A stretch of 64,000 nucleotides of DNA from Acidobacteriota bacterium (GCA_965205505.1 CBDBHB010000006.1:434111-498110); one strand, 5' to 3'; counted from the stretch's first letter, positions 1 through 10,056 are shown. The notes: generated by a model not told the origin, from the sequence alone. Numbers and translations are program-made.

Positions 1-1535
1 TGCGAATAGCCCACCGCTTCGATTCCGGGCTGTACCAGCAGGTCGGCGCGCAGCTCGTCGAAGAAGGTGCTGAGCTCCTTCACCGGGTAACCCTGCAGCG
101 CCGGGTCGACGCTGGCGTGAACCAGGCCCTCCGGGTTGAAGCCCAGATCAAGACGCTGCACTTGCTGCAGACTTCGCAGCACCATCCCGGCGGCAATCAG
201 CAGCACCAGGCACACGGCCACCTGGCCGACGACGAGAGCCTCGCGCAGGCGCGTCGAGCGCCCTCCAGAGCCGGGCGCACCGTCCTTCAGCGCGACGACC
301 AGATCCTGGCGGGTGGAGGCGATCGCGGGCGCCAGCCCGAAAACCAGCCCGGTGGCCGCCGTGACCAGGAACGTGAACGCCAGCACGGTGGCGTCCATCC
401 CGACGTCGATCCGCAGCGGCACCCCGGTTGGCGGCTGGAATGACTTCAGCAGGCCGATCAGCGCCAAGCCGAGGAGCACGCCGAGCACTCCGCCGAGCGC
501 CGACAACACGGCGCTCTCGGTCAGCAGCTGGCGGCTTAAGCGTCCTCTGCCGGCGCCCAACGCCAGACGGATACCCACCTCGCGCGTCCGGGCGGTCGAC
601 CGCGCCACCAGCAGGCCGGCGACGTTGGCGCAGGCCAGGAGCAACACGAAGCCGACGACGCCCGACAACAACGACAGCATGGCGACAAAGCCGCCGCGAA
701 CCGCAGGGTGCAGCGCCGCCTTACTCTCCGGATAGAAATCGACCGTGATGGCGGTATTGGTATCCGGGTAGAGATCTTCCAGATGCACGTACAAGGCGTC
801 GAGTGCCGATTTGGCCTGCTGCATCGTGACACCAGGCCTCAACCGGCCGGTGGCTGACTGGATCCAATGGTTACCGCGACGCTCGAGGTTGGAACCCGAA
901 GGAGTTAGCGCAGGCTCCATGCTGAACGGGATCCAAAGCTCGGTTCGAATGGCGGTGTTGTTGCCTTCATAATCGGCGGGCGCCACCCCGATCACGGTGA
1001 TCTCCTGTCCGTTCAGCAACATACTGCGCCCCAGAGCTCCGGGATCGGCGCCGAAGACGTCGCTCCAGAACCGATGGCTGAGGACGGCCACCGGATGGGT
1101 CCCCTCGGTCTGATCTTCTTCGGGGAGGAAGCCGCGCCCGAGCTGCGGTTCTACACCCAGCATGTCGAAGTAGTTTCCAGTGACATAGGTGCCGAAGATT
1201 CGGCGGCTCTCGCCGCCGGCGCTGAAGCTGAAGATACCGACGGTGTCGGCCAAGACCTGCTGGAACACGTCGTCGGTGGCCGCGCGCATGTCCACCAGGT
1301 CGGGGTATGACCAGGAGCCGAACTGCAGTCCGTTGTTGTAGTTGAGGTACATGCGCACGAGGCTCTCGGGCTCACGGATCGGCGCCGTCTGGTAAAGAAA
1401 CGCCCGCACGAAGCTGAACGCGGCCGAGTTGGCTCCGATGCCGAGCGCCAGGCACGCTACCGCCGCCACGGTGAACCCGGGACTGTTGATCAGCTGTCGG
1501 GCCCCGAACCTCAGATCTCGTGCGAAATCACCCAC
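1..1535 (-). CDS. ADOP-family (FtsX/MacB-like) ABC transporter permease, 3'-truncated by window edge
   Basis: Minus-strand translation from GTG near 1535 (RBS AGGAGG 5 nt upstream) gives MGDFARDLRFGARQLINSPGFTVAAVACLALGIGANSAAF..., the signature ADOP/MacB-type N-terminus. A large periplasmic domain and a second TM block follow. The ORF runs off position 1. Confidence 0.8.
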   Translation of the reverse strand, partial: MGDFARDLRFGARQLINSPGFTVAAVACLALGIGANSAAFSFVRAFLYQTAPIREPESLVRMYLNYNNGLQFGSWSYPDLVDMRAATDDVFQQVLADTVGIFSFSAGGESRRIFGTYVTGNYFDMLGVEPQLGRGFLPEEDQTEGTHPVAVLSHRFWSDVFGADPGALGRSMLLNGQEITVIGVAPADYEGNNTAIRTELWIPFSMEPALTPSGSNLERRGNHWIQSATGRLRPGVTMQQAKSALDALYVHLEDLYPDTNTAITVDFYPESKAALHPAVRGGFVAMLSLLSGVVGFVLLLACANVAGLLVARSTARTREVGIRLALGAGRGRLSRQLLTESAVLSALGGVLGVLLGLALIGLLKSFQPPTGVPLRIDVGMDATVLAFTFLVTAATGLVFGLAPAIASTRQDLVVALKDGAPGSGGRSTRLREALVVGQVAVCLVLLIAAGMVLRSLQQVQRLDLGFNPEGLVHASVDPALQGYPVKELSTFFDELRADLLVQPGIEAVGYS

Positions 1536-1688
1536 GATAGCCTCCTGCCTCTGCCGCGCCGTCGGACAGACGGGACATGCGCCTGTCTAGCTGGTACGAC
1601 GACGACCGCGCACGTCCGGTTTCCTTTTGTTGGCACGACCGACGGCTGATACCCTCTCGCCCAACTTCCCACGGACTCGCCTCCGATC

Positions 1689-2747
1689 GTGACGAACGTC
1701 GTCGAAACTGACTCGCAGCGCCGGACCCGCAAGCTTGCTGGCTTGCTCCAGATGGGCTTCGAGTGCGTCGAGGGACCGCTCACCACCGAGGCTGAGATGC
1801 TTGCCGATGGTTGGCGGGTCTCGCAGTCAGTGCCGGCGATGGGAACCGTGGTCTCAGTGTCTGCGTTTCATGAGTCGCGCCTGCTGTCGGAGGAAGCGAT
1901 TGGACGTGGGCTGGCGGAGATGGACCGGCTCATAGCGATCCTCAATCGGCACGAGCCGACCTCTGCGATGGGGGTGCTCAACGACACCGGAGCGCTGCGA
2001 TCGGCCCCCGATGAGCTCGTCTACCTGCTACGACGAGCTCGTGGGTTCGAGCTGCTCAGCGCCGGTGCCTTCGACATCGCCGTGGCGCCAGTAGTTGACC
2101 TGCTGCGCCAGCGGCGTGAGTCCGGCGACGGCCGCCCGCTGAGTAATGGCGAGCTCGGCGAAGCGCTGGCCCGGGTGGAAGCGGGCCGCGTCGATGTCGA
2201 TGGGCGAGGCGTTCGATTTCGTGGAGAGCGCACCACCGTGACGCTCGACGGTATGGCGAAGGGGTTCATCGTCGACCGCATGGCGCACGCGCTGGAAGCG
2301 TGTGGCGCCGACGGCTACCTGATCAACGCGGGCGGCGATATCCGCACGGCCGGAACTCGCGATGGACGGGCGCCCTGGAGCGTGACAGTACAGGACCCCG
2401 ACAAAGGAGGCGAGTACCCTGACGTGCTGCGGTTGCACGACGGCGCCGTCGCCACTTCGGGGAGTTACGAGATCTATTTCGATCGCCAGCGCACGCTGCA
2501 CCACATCATCGACCCGACCGGCGGATGGCCGGTACACACCAGCAGCGTGACCGTGCGTGCGGCCACCGCCATGACTGCAGACGCCCTGGCGACAGCAGTT
2601 TTCGTGGCCGGGCCGGAGAAAGGCATGCCGCTGGTCGCTTCGATCCCCGGGGCTGCCTGCCTGATCGTTGCCGCTAACGGCTCTATCCTCAAATCCGCCG
2701 GATGGACGAACCGGCCCGAGATCGCCGCACCCCCTGGAGACCGATGA
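1689..2747 (+). CDS. apbE: FAD:protein FMN transferase (ApbE family)
   Basis: 352-aa ORF with ApbE motifs (TLDGMAKGFIVDR, INAGGDI, HHIIDPTGG). Confidence 0.85.
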   Translation: MTNVVETDSQRRTRKLAGLLQMGFECVEGPLTTEAEMLADGWRVSQSVPAMGTVVSVSAFHESRLLSEEAIGRGLAEMDRLIAILNRHEPTSAMGVLNDTGALRSAPDELVYLLRRARGFELLSAGAFDIAVAPVVDLLRQRRESGDGRPLSNGELGEALARVEAGRVDVDGRGVRFRGERTTVTLDGMAKGFIVDRMAHALEACGADGYLINAGGDIRTAGTRDGRAPWSVTVQDPDKGGEYPDVLRLHDGAVATSGSYEIYFDRQRTLHHIIDPTGGWPVHTSSVTVRAATAMTADALATAVFVAGPEKGMPLVASIPGAACLIVAANGSILKSAGWTNRPEIAAPPGDR

Positions 2748-3235
2748 CCCATTCGACATCGCAGTACCGGAGTGGACAGAGGCTGGCGCTGGTGGCCCTG
2801 CGGATGCTGGTTGGCTGGCACTTGCTGTACGAGGGCATCGCCAAGCTGCAGAATTCTTACTGGACTTCGGCCGGGTTCGTTTCCGAGGCGCAGGGGCCGT
2901 TTGCGGGGTGGTTCCTGTGGTTGGTGTCGGAACCGGGGCGCCTACAGCTGGTCGACCTGCTCAACAAGTGGGGCTTGACGCTCATCGGCCTGGCCCTGGT
3001 CGTCGGTCTGGGGTCACGCACGGCGTCGTTGCTGGGCATGGTCCTGCTAGGACTCTACTACGTCGCCAACCCGCCCCTGCCCGGACTGGACACGGCGATT
3101 CCCGCCGAGGGGTCGTACATGATCGTCAACAAGACCTTGATCGAGATTGCGGCGCTGTTGGTCATCAGGGCCTTCCCTACCGATGACGTGGTGGGCCTCG
3201 GTCGACTTCTGCGACGCGAGAGGGAATCGGCATGA
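2744..3235 (+). CDS. DoxX family membrane protein
   Basis: Internal Met start in an ATGA overlap with the apbE stop. Hydrophobic multi-TM sequence (LALVALRMLVGWHLLYEGIAKL...) typical of DoxX. Confidence 0.65.
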   Translation: MTHSTSQYRSGQRLALVALRMLVGWHLLYEGIAKLQNSYWTSAGFVSEAQGPFAGWFLWLVSEPGRLQLVDLLNKWGLTLIGLALVVGLGSRTASLLGMVLLGLYYVANPPLPGLDTAIPAEGSYMIVNKTLIEIAALLVIRAFPTDDVVGLGRLLRRERESA

Positions 3236-4848
3236 GCATGGACGACAACGAGCAGACGATCCACGACGCCGGCAACGCGCCCGACAAGAGCAGAGTTCAC
3301 GGCAAGGCGCTCGACCGCCGCGACCTCTTCAAGGGGCTGGCATCGCTGCCGGTTCTCGGGACGCTCGGATGGGGGGCGTGGCGTAAGAAAACGCTTGCTG
3401 ACGAGCGCCGAAACCAGGTGCTGGCCGAGCTCGGGGTGAGCGGTGATGCGCCAGCGATCATCGACCACGCACAAAGCCGGCCACCTGCCGATCGCATCAA
3501 CCTCGGGATTATCGGCTTCGGCGGCCGGGGCGAGACGCTGATGCGCGGCGCGGGGTTCGCTCACCCTGAAGTTACCGAGGAGTGGCGGCAGGCCGCGGCC
3601 GAGGATCCGCGTAACACTCGACTCTCCGAGTTCATGCTGCAGGGCGATCTGAACGTGGCGTTTACCGCCGTCTGCGACGTGTTCGACGTGCGCGCCGAAC
3701 GTGCTATCGCAGCGTCAGCTAACGAGACGCGCCCGGGCGGTGACTCGGGCTCCCGGCCCGCCTACCGGTTCCGCCACTACGAGGAGCTGCTCAATTCCCC
3801 CGATGTCGACGCCGTGCTGATCGGCACCCCCGATCACTGGCATGCGCCGATGACAATCGCCGCCGCCGCTGCCGGCAAGCACGTCTACTGCGAGAAGGCG
3901 ATGACGCGCACCGAGGAAGAGGTCCTGCCGATGGTGGAGGCAGTCAAGGCCTCGGGCATCAAGTTCCAGCTCGGTCACCAGAATCGTCAGCTCGAGAGCC
4001 ACGAAAAGGCGCGCGAGATCATCGAGAAGGAGATCCTCGGCAAGGTGACGCTGGTGGAAACAACCACCAACCGTAATGATCCCTGGGGCGCTTGGGTATG
4101 GGACATTCATCCCGAAGGCAACCCCGACACCATCGATTGGGAGCAGTTCCAGGGCAACGCCGCCAAGCAAGTGCCTTTCAACCTCGAGCGGTTCTTTCGA
4201 TGGCGCTGCTGGTACGACTACGGCACCGGGTTGGCGGGCGATTTGCTGTCGCATGAGTACGATGCCCTCAACCAGATCATGAACCTGGGAATCCCGAAGT
4301 CTGCGGTCGCCTCGGGCGGCGTTTACTTCTTCAAGGATGGCCGCGATGTGCCCGATACCTTCCAGGTGGTCTACGAGTATCCGGAGCGCGACCTTACCGT
4401 CGTGTACAGCGCCACGCTGGCGAGCGGACGCGGACGCGGCAAGGTGTTCATGGGTCACGACGCCGCGATGGAAGTCGGCAGCGGCGTGCGGGTGATCGCC
4501 GACGCGCAGTCGACACGCTATGCGGATCTGATCGAGCGCGACGTTGTTGATGTCGATCGGGCTCTGCTTACGTATCGACCAGGCTTCAAGGGGCTCGACG
4601 CCGTGACCACCGCCACCGAGGAGTACTTCGCCAGTCGCGGATTGTTATTCACCTACCAAGGCGGCCGACGCGTCAGCACGCATTGGCTGCATATCAAGGA
4701 CTGGCTCGATACGGTGCGCCATGGCGGCGAGCCGAGCTGCAACATCGATCGCGGCTTCGAGGAAGCGATGACCTGTCATATGGCCACGAAGTCCTACCAG
4801 CTCGCCCGCAGGGTCGAGTGGGACCCGGTCCAGCAGAAGATCGTGTAG
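3232..4848 (+). CDS. Gfo/Idh/MocA family oxidoreductase with twin-arginine (Tat) signal
   Basis: 538 aa. RRDLFKGLASLPVLG Tat motif, then Rossmann NAD-binding region (INLGIIGFGGRG) and Gfo/Idh/MocA C-terminal domain. Start overlaps the doxX stop (ATGA). Confidence 0.8.
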   Translation: MSMDDNEQTIHDAGNAPDKSRVHGKALDRRDLFKGLASLPVLGTLGWGAWRKKTLADERRNQVLAELGVSGDAPAIIDHAQSRPPADRINLGIIGFGGRGETLMRGAGFAHPEVTEEWRQAAAEDPRNTRLSEFMLQGDLNVAFTAVCDVFDVRAERAIAASANETRPGGDSGSRPAYRFRHYEELLNSPDVDAVLIGTPDHWHAPMTIAAAAAGKHVYCEKAMTRTEEEVLPMVEAVKASGIKFQLGHQNRQLESHEKAREIIEKEILGKVTLVETTTNRNDPWGAWVWDIHPEGNPDTIDWEQFQGNAAKQVPFNLERFFRWRCWYDYGTGLAGDLLSHEYDALNQIMNLGIPKSAVASGGVYFFKDGRDVPDTFQVVYEYPERDLTVVYSATLASGRGRGKVFMGHDAAMEVGSGVRVIADAQSTRYADLIERDVVDVDRALLTYRPGFKGLDAVTTATEEYFASRGLLFTYQGGRRVSTHWLHIKDWLDTVRHGGEPSCNIDRGFEEAMTCHMATKSYQLARRVEWDPVQQKIV

Positions 4849-4919
4849 CGTTCGCCGGTTCGAGGGCGACGAGGAACATCGGCTCGTCGATAGACATCCG
4901 CCAGGGGCACGTGACACGC

Positions 4920-6125
4920 ATGCACGGCAAGTTCCAGCTCGGCTTGATGATGTTCCTGCAGTACGCCATCTGGGGCGCGTGGGCCCCGGTGTTGTCTGCG
5001 TATCTGCTCGCGGACCTGAGCTTCGAGGGCACGCAAGTCGGGTTCGTCTATTCACTCTTGCCGATGGCCACGATCATCGCTCCGTTCGTCGGCGGGCAGA
5101 TCGCTGATCGCTACTTCGCCTCCGAGCACACCATCGCCTTTCTGCAGCTGTCGGGCGGCGGGGTGCTGCTATACGCGGCGACGCTGACCGACTACCGGTC
5201 GCTGGTATTGGTGATGTTCGTGTATTGCCTGTTGTATGCGCCGACGTTGGCGCTTACCAATTCGATCGCCATGAGCAACCTCGACAACTCCGAAGAGGGG
5301 TTCGGTCGGATCCGGGTCTGGGGAACGATCGGTTGGATAGCAGCGGGGTGGATGCTCTCGGCCTGGCGCGCCGGCACCGGCGGAATGGTGGTGGCCAGCG
5401 ACATGTTCCTACTCGCCGGCGGCTTCTCCATCGTCATGGGGTTGCAGTCGTTTCTGTTGCCGCATACGCCGCCGCGGCGTGACAGCCGCACGCCCTGGCC
5501 GTTTCTGGAAGCGCTGCGCATGCTCCGAGATCGCGAGTTCGCCATCTTCATGTTGATCTCGTTCGTCGTTGCCACCGAGCTGCAGTTCTACTATGTGCTT
5601 ACTGCGCCATTTCTTCAGTCGTCGGCTATCGGCATTTCACCGGCGCGCGTGCCGGCCGTCATGACGGTCGCTCAGATCGCCGAGATCTTCGTGCTGGTGG
5701 TGATGCTGTCGTGGTTTCTCAAGCGTTACGGAATGCACTCTACGCTGGCGCTGGGCGTCATCGCGTGGCCGGTGCGCTACGTGATCTTCGCCATTGGCAC
5801 TCCATGGTGGCTGGTGGTGGCGTCGTTGACCCTGCACGGTTTCTGCTACGTTTTCTTTTTCGTGGCGGCGTTCATCTACGTTGACTCGGTGGCGCCGACG
5901 AGCATCCGGGCCTCGGCCCAGAGTCTCATCGCCATCGTCACCTTGGGGGTCGGCAGCTTCGTCGGCAGCAACTTTGCCGGCTACGTGCAAAGCTGGTTCA
6001 CCGTTGACGGGGCGACCGATTGGTTCAACGTGTTTCTCGTACCCTGCGCCGTGACGGTGTTGTGCGCCGTAGCGTATCTCTTGTTCTTCAAGGACCAACG
6101 CGCGGCGCAGCCGGTTGCCGTTTGA
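4920..6125 (+). CDS. MFS transporter, nucleoside:H+ symporter-like family
   Basis: About 400 aa and 12-TM, starting MHGKFQLGLMMFLQYAIWGAWAPVLSAYL... The upstream 80 codons of the listed ORF look non-coding. Confidence 0.7.
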   Translation: MHGKFQLGLMMFLQYAIWGAWAPVLSAYLLADLSFEGTQVGFVYSLLPMATIIAPFVGGQIADRYFASEHTIAFLQLSGGGVLLYAATLTDYRSLVLVMFVYCLLYAPTLALTNSIAMSNLDNSEEGFGRIRVWGTIGWIAAGWMLSAWRAGTGGMVVASDMFLLAGGFSIVMGLQSFLLPHTPPRRDSRTPWPFLEALRMLRDREFAIFMLISFVVATELQFYYVLTAPFLQSSAIGISPARVPAVMTVAQIAEIFVLVVMLSWFLKRYGMHSTLALGVIAWPVRYVIFAIGTPWWLVVASLTLHGFCYVFFFVAAFIYVDSVAPTSIRASAQSLIAIVTLGVGSFVGSNFAGYVQSWFTVDGATDWFNVFLVPCAVTVLCAVAYLLFFKDQRAAQPVAV

Positions 6126-6146
6126 CGGCCCCATGAATCGAGCCCC

Positions 6147-7397
6147 ATGACTCAACGACGACTCGGTGTAGGGATTATCGGTGGCGGCTTCGTCGGCCGC
6201 TTCCACATCCGTTCCTTCATCGGCGTCCGCGACGCCGATGTCCTCGGCGTGGTCAGTCGAAGCGGTGAGACCGCGGAGGAAGCGGCCGCCCTAGCGCGCC
6301 AGCTTCGCGTCGGCGAGGCGCGGCCGTTCGCTTCGATTGCCGAGTTGGTTGCCGATCCTGGTATCGATGCGGTGTGGATCTGCTCGCCCAACTTCACCCG
6401 TATCGAAGTCATGGAGGAGATCGTCGACGCGGTGAAATCGGGCAAGGGCAAGTTGCTAGGTGTAGCGTGCGAAAAACCGCTGGGGCGCAATACCGCCGAG
6501 GCGATGCGCATGGTCGAGCTGGTGCAGGAGGCCGAGCTGCTCGACGGCTATCTGGAGAACCAGTTGTTTACGCCGAGCGTGGTACGCGGCAAGCAGATCG
6601 TCTGGGAGCGCGGCGCTGCCCTCACGGGACCACCCTACCTGGCACGGGCGGCGGAAGAGCACGCTGGCCCGCACATGCCCTGGTTCTGGTCGGGTGAGTT
6701 GCAAGGGGGCGGGGTGCTCAACGACATGATGTGCCACTCCGTGGAGACAGCGCGCTTTCTGCTGACGCCGCCCGAGGCGCCCCGCGATGCGCTGACGCCG
6801 GTTCGCGTGACCGCCTACACCAACTGCTTGAAGTGGCAGCAGCCGCACTACGCCGAGCAGCTGGCACGAGCGAGCGGAGGACAGAACGACTACCAGACCC
6901 GCCCGTCCGAGGATTTCGCGCGTTCGCTCGTCGAGTATCGCGACCCGGACGGCAACCCGCGCATCGTCGAGACCACCACATCGTGGTGCTTCGTCGGCGC
7001 TGGGCTGCGGCTCACGATGGAGCTGCTCGGCCCCGAATACTCGATGTCAGTGAACTCACTCGACATGGGCCCCAAGCTGTTCTTCTCGAGGCAAGTGGTC
7101 GGGACGGCAGGCGAGGACCTGGTAGAGAAGCAAAACGCGGAAGTTGGCCAGATGCCGGTGGTGGCCGACGAAGAAAGCGAGTATGGCTACGTCGGTGAGA
7201 ATCGGCACATGGTGCGGTGCTTTCTCGACGGCCGACGGCCGGACGAGACGTTCGACGATGGTCTCAACGTCACGGAGTTGCTGATGACCGCTTATATGAG
7301 TGCCGAGCGTGGCGCTGCCATCGAGTTTCCGCCGCCGGACCTGGCAGGCTTCGTGCCGGCCGTGGCGCGCGGCGAATGGAACCCCAAGAGCGAATAG
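6147..7397 (+). CDS. Gfo/Idh/MocA family oxidoreductase (cytoplasmic)
   Basis: 416 aa. N-terminal GVGIIGGGFVGRFH Rossmann motif and Gfo/Idh/MocA architecture. Confidence 0.8.
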   Translation: MTQRRLGVGIIGGGFVGRFHIRSFIGVRDADVLGVVSRSGETAEEAAALARQLRVGEARPFASIAELVADPGIDAVWICSPNFTRIEVMEEIVDAVKSGKGKLLGVACEKPLGRNTAEAMRMVELVQEAELLDGYLENQLFTPSVVRGKQIVWERGAALTGPPYLARAAEEHAGPHMPWFWSGELQGGGVLNDMMCHSVETARFLLTPPEAPRDALTPVRVTAYTNCLKWQQPHYAEQLARASGGQNDYQTRPSEDFARSLVEYRDPDGNPRIVETTTSWCFVGAGLRLTMELLGPEYSMSVNSLDMGPKLFFSRQVVGTAGEDLVEKQNAEVGQMPVVADEESEYGYVGENRHMVRCFLDGRRPDETFDDGLNVTELLMTAYMSAERGAAIEFPPPDLAGFVPAVARGEWNPKSE

Positions 7398-7423
7398 AGC
7401 CGCTACAGGCAGGAGATCCCCTG

Positions 7424-8155
7424 ATGACCCATGATGTGAGACGACTACCACTACCTGCCATCGTGTTCAGCGTCGGCGCTGCAGCTGCCATCGCTGTCGG
7501 CGCCGTACGCTCGCTGCCCGCTGGCGGTGAAGCCAGTGCGATTCCGCCGGTGGAGGAGACGATGTCGGTGAGCTCAGATGGTTTCGAGGACCTGATCCAG
7601 CGGAACGACAACGGCGTCTTTCACAAGGGCGGTTGGAACCACTACGGACCGGGCTACTTCGTGCTCGATGGGGAAACCGGCGTGTTCGAGTCGCACGGCG
7701 GCATGGGGCTCATGTGGTACAGCGCCCGCGAGTACTCCGACTTTGCGCTCGAGCTCGATTTCAAAACCAGCAAGCTGGAAACGAATTCCGGGGTGTTTAT
7801 TCGCGTTCCCGGTGTTCCGAGTAGCGACGATTACATCTATCACTCGTTCGAGATCCAGATCTACGATGCGACCGAGGAGGGGATCCACCGGACCGGCGCA
7901 GTCTACGACGCGGAACCGGCGACGCACTTGGCCTCTCGCCCGACGGGCGACTGGAACCACATGCGTGTGACCTTCGTAGGTGATCACATCGCCGTCGAGA
8001 TCAATGGCGAGATGGTGGTCGATTGGGATGCGGAGCCACGCGGGAAGATTGCCGACTTCGCCGCCTCCGGCTATGTGGGGTTGCAGAACCACGACCGCGA
8101 CAGCTCGGTCTGGTTCCGCAACATCCGGGCCAAGGACTTGACCGCCGCGCCGTGA
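7424..8155 (+). CDS. DUF1080 (3-keto-disaccharide hydrolase-like) domain protein with signal peptide
   Basis: Start at MTHDVRRLPLPAIVFSVGAAAA (signal-like), followed by a DUF1080-type beta-sandwich (FHKGGWNHYGPGYF, GYVGLQNHDRDSSVWFRNIRAKDL). Confidence 0.7.
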   Translation: MTHDVRRLPLPAIVFSVGAAAAIAVGAVRSLPAGGEASAIPPVEETMSVSSDGFEDLIQRNDNGVFHKGGWNHYGPGYFVLDGETGVFESHGGMGLMWYSAREYSDFALELDFKTSKLETNSGVFIRVPGVPSSDDYIYHSFEIQIYDATEEGIHRTGAVYDAEPATHLASRPTGDWNHMRVTFVGDHIAVEINGEMVVDWDAEPRGKIADFAASGYVGLQNHDRDSSVWFRNIRAKDLTAAP

Positions 8156-8185
8156 CGGCGACCTGGGCTACCGGCCACTAGCGCA

Positions 8186-8449
8186 CTAGTCGTTGCCAGG
8201 TGTCGGCGGATCCGCGGACCCTTCGTCGTCGCGCCGCGACCGTTGTCGCTCCTGGAGCATGTGGCGCCGGTCGGGCTCGAGAAGGGACTGCACTTCGAGC
8301 AGCGCGTTGCCGACCCGAGCCGACGATCCACCGCGACGCCAGTCGTCGCTTACCCAGCGTTGCTCGCGCCGCTTCATCAGCCAGCCAACCCAAAGGAAGG
8401 CGCCCACGGCTACCACGATCACGATCGCGAGCTGTGCGAGCTCACTCAT
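8186..8449 (-). CDS. small single-pass membrane protein, hypothetical
   Basis: About 87-aa ORF MSELAQLAIVIVVAVGAFLWVGWLMKRREQRW... in the gap between DUF1080 and the TIM-barrel gene. No family recognised. Confidence 0.3.
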   Translation of the reverse strand: MSELAQLAIVIVVAVGAFLWVGWLMKRREQRWVSDDWRRGGSSARVGNALLEVQSLLEPDRRHMLQERQRSRRDDEGSADPPTPGND

Positions 8450-8522
8450 CGTCGATACCGTAGACCCCACCGCCGGAGCAGCAACTCGTATCGCAGCTGG
8501 ATTGGCGCGCCGATCGCACGCT

Positions 8523-9446
8523 TCAGGACATCTCGCTGGCAAGCTCGTTGCGGACTCGCTCCAGCAGTGCCTTGGTGGCGCGAATCCCATCGGGCTCCGA
8601 CAAGCGCTCGCCCTCGTACTCAATGCCCACCCGGCCGCGATACCCGGCGTTGCCAACGATGCGCAGCAGGCGGTCATAGTCGAGCCGGACCTCGTTGCCG
8701 TCGGGTCCGAAATCGTACGACTTGGCGCTCACGGCGCGCGCCATGGGCATCAGCTCCTCGACACCGAGGTAAAAGTCATACCAGTCATCATCGGCGATTC
8801 GGAAGTTGCCGAAGTCCGGCAGGGTCCCGAGCCCCGGATGGTCGCCGCGACGGATCGTCTCGGCCAGCCACTTGCCATTGCTCGATAGGCCGCCGTGATT
8901 CTCGACCAGCACGCTCAAGCCATGGTCCGAGGCGAACTCCGCCAGGCGACGCAACCCATCTGCGGCCAGCCGGCTCTGCTCCTCCCAGGTGCCCTCCGAC
9001 GCTGCGTTCACGCGGATGCTGTGACAGCCAAGGAAGGCGGCAGCCTCGACCCACTTGTGATGGTTCTCGATTGCCTGAGTACGTACTGCGGCGTCCGGAT
9101 CTCCGAGGCGTCCCTCGCGGTCGCACATGATTAGCAGGCTGCGAACGCCCTCACCGTCGCAACGCGCCTGCATCTCCTGCAGGTAGGCTGCGTCGCGTGC
9201 CCGTTCGAAGAAGAAGACGTTGACGTACTCGACCGCGTCAATGCCGAACGTGGTGCGGGCTCCATTGATGAAGTCGAGATGGTCGAGCTCACCCGCGAGC
9301 AGAGCCCGGTGCTGCGACCACTCCGCCAACGAGATGCTGAACCACGAGTCGCTCGCGCGGCCGTGCGCAGAAATGGCAGGAAGCGCCGCGACCGCCCCCA
9401 GTGCTGCTGACTGCCCCAGGAATCGCCGGCGTGTCGTGGGCTTCAT
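8523..9446 (-). CDS. sugar phosphate isomerase/epimerase (xylose isomerase-like TIM barrel) with Tat signal
   Basis: Start at MKPTTRRRFLGQSAALGAVAALPAISA (Tat motif), followed by a TIM-barrel AP-endonuclease/xylose-isomerase-like fold (SIRVNAASEGTWEE, GLSVLVENHGG). Confidence 0.8.
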   Translation of the reverse strand: MKPTTRRRFLGQSAALGAVAALPAISAHGRASDSWFSISLAEWSQHRALLAGELDHLDFINGARTTFGIDAVEYVNVFFFERARDAAYLQEMQARCDGEGVRSLLIMCDREGRLGDPDAAVRTQAIENHHKWVEAAAFLGCHSIRVNAASEGTWEEQSRLAADGLRRLAEFASDHGLSVLVENHGGLSSNGKWLAETIRRGDHPGLGTLPDFGNFRIADDDWYDFYLGVEELMPMARAVSAKSYDFGPDGNEVRLDYDRLLRIVGNAGYRGRVGIEYEGERLSEPDGIRATKALLERVRNELASEMS

Positions 9447-9468
9447 GATCGAGCCTTCTCCGAGAGGC

Positions 9469-10056
9469 TCAGTCGCCGAGTCGGCTGTCGAGCCGCAACC
9501 AATGCGACGGTACGCCCAGGCGGCGCGCCTCCGCTCGCAGGGCACTTTCCAGGGCACGCCAGGCTCCTAGCTCCCGGCGATTCGCTGTCAGGCGGGCGGA
9601 GCCGTATCCGCTGCCTGCTCCGGGGCGGCTGCGTGTACGCTGCTGCCCAGCTTCCAGGCTCGAGATCTGCTCGCGCAGCCAAGCCATCTTCTCCTTCCAG
9701 TAAGCGCGGTCAGCCGGATCGAGATAGAAGCTCTCGGGCTGAGGCGCAGACGAGGCGATCGGGCTTCGTCGCTCGTGAACGCGCGTCGCGGGTCGCCGCG
9801 CCGGATTGCCATCAGCGGGTCGGGCGTTGATCGTGCGGGGCACAGACCCCGGAGAGCGACCGTCGTCGCGCCGGATCTGGCGCACGAGGTCGGCCGACAT
9901 CGCCACCTCGACGCCGTAGGCTCGAAAAACCACCTTGCCGTTCTCGATGCGCGCATCCTCGACCTGCAGGACACGGCCGTTCGCAAGCCAGACCGTGTCG
10001 GCGGCGGCCGGTACGGTCACACTGGCGACGACCAGAACGAGGAGGAAGGTTCGCAT
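9469..10056 (-). CDS. secreted hypothetical protein
   Basis: 195 aa with N-terminal signal peptide MRTFLLVLVVASVTVPAAA. No recognised domain. Confidence 0.45.
   Translation of the reverse strand: MRTFLLVLVVASVTVPAAADTVWLANGRVLQVEDARIENGKVVFRAYGVEVAMSADLVRQIRRDDGRSPGSVPRTINARPADGNPARRPATRVHERRSPIASSAPQPESFYLDPADRAYWKEKMAWLREQISSLEAGQQRTRSRPGAGSGYGSARLTANRRELGAWRALESALRAEARRLGVPSHWLRLDSRLGD

Noticed and set aside
117-832. Several 100-200-aa plus- and minus-strand ORFs overlapping the ADOP permease gene
   Set aside because: The translations are Arg/Pro/Ala-rich and non-protein-like, as expected from off-frame reading of high-GC coding DNA. The permease frame explains the region.
8193-9130. Plus-strand ORFs of 231 and 295 aa opposite the TIM-barrel gene
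   Set aside because: They are antisense to a well-supported Tat TIM-barrel gene, and the translations are low-complexity (R/P/S-rich).
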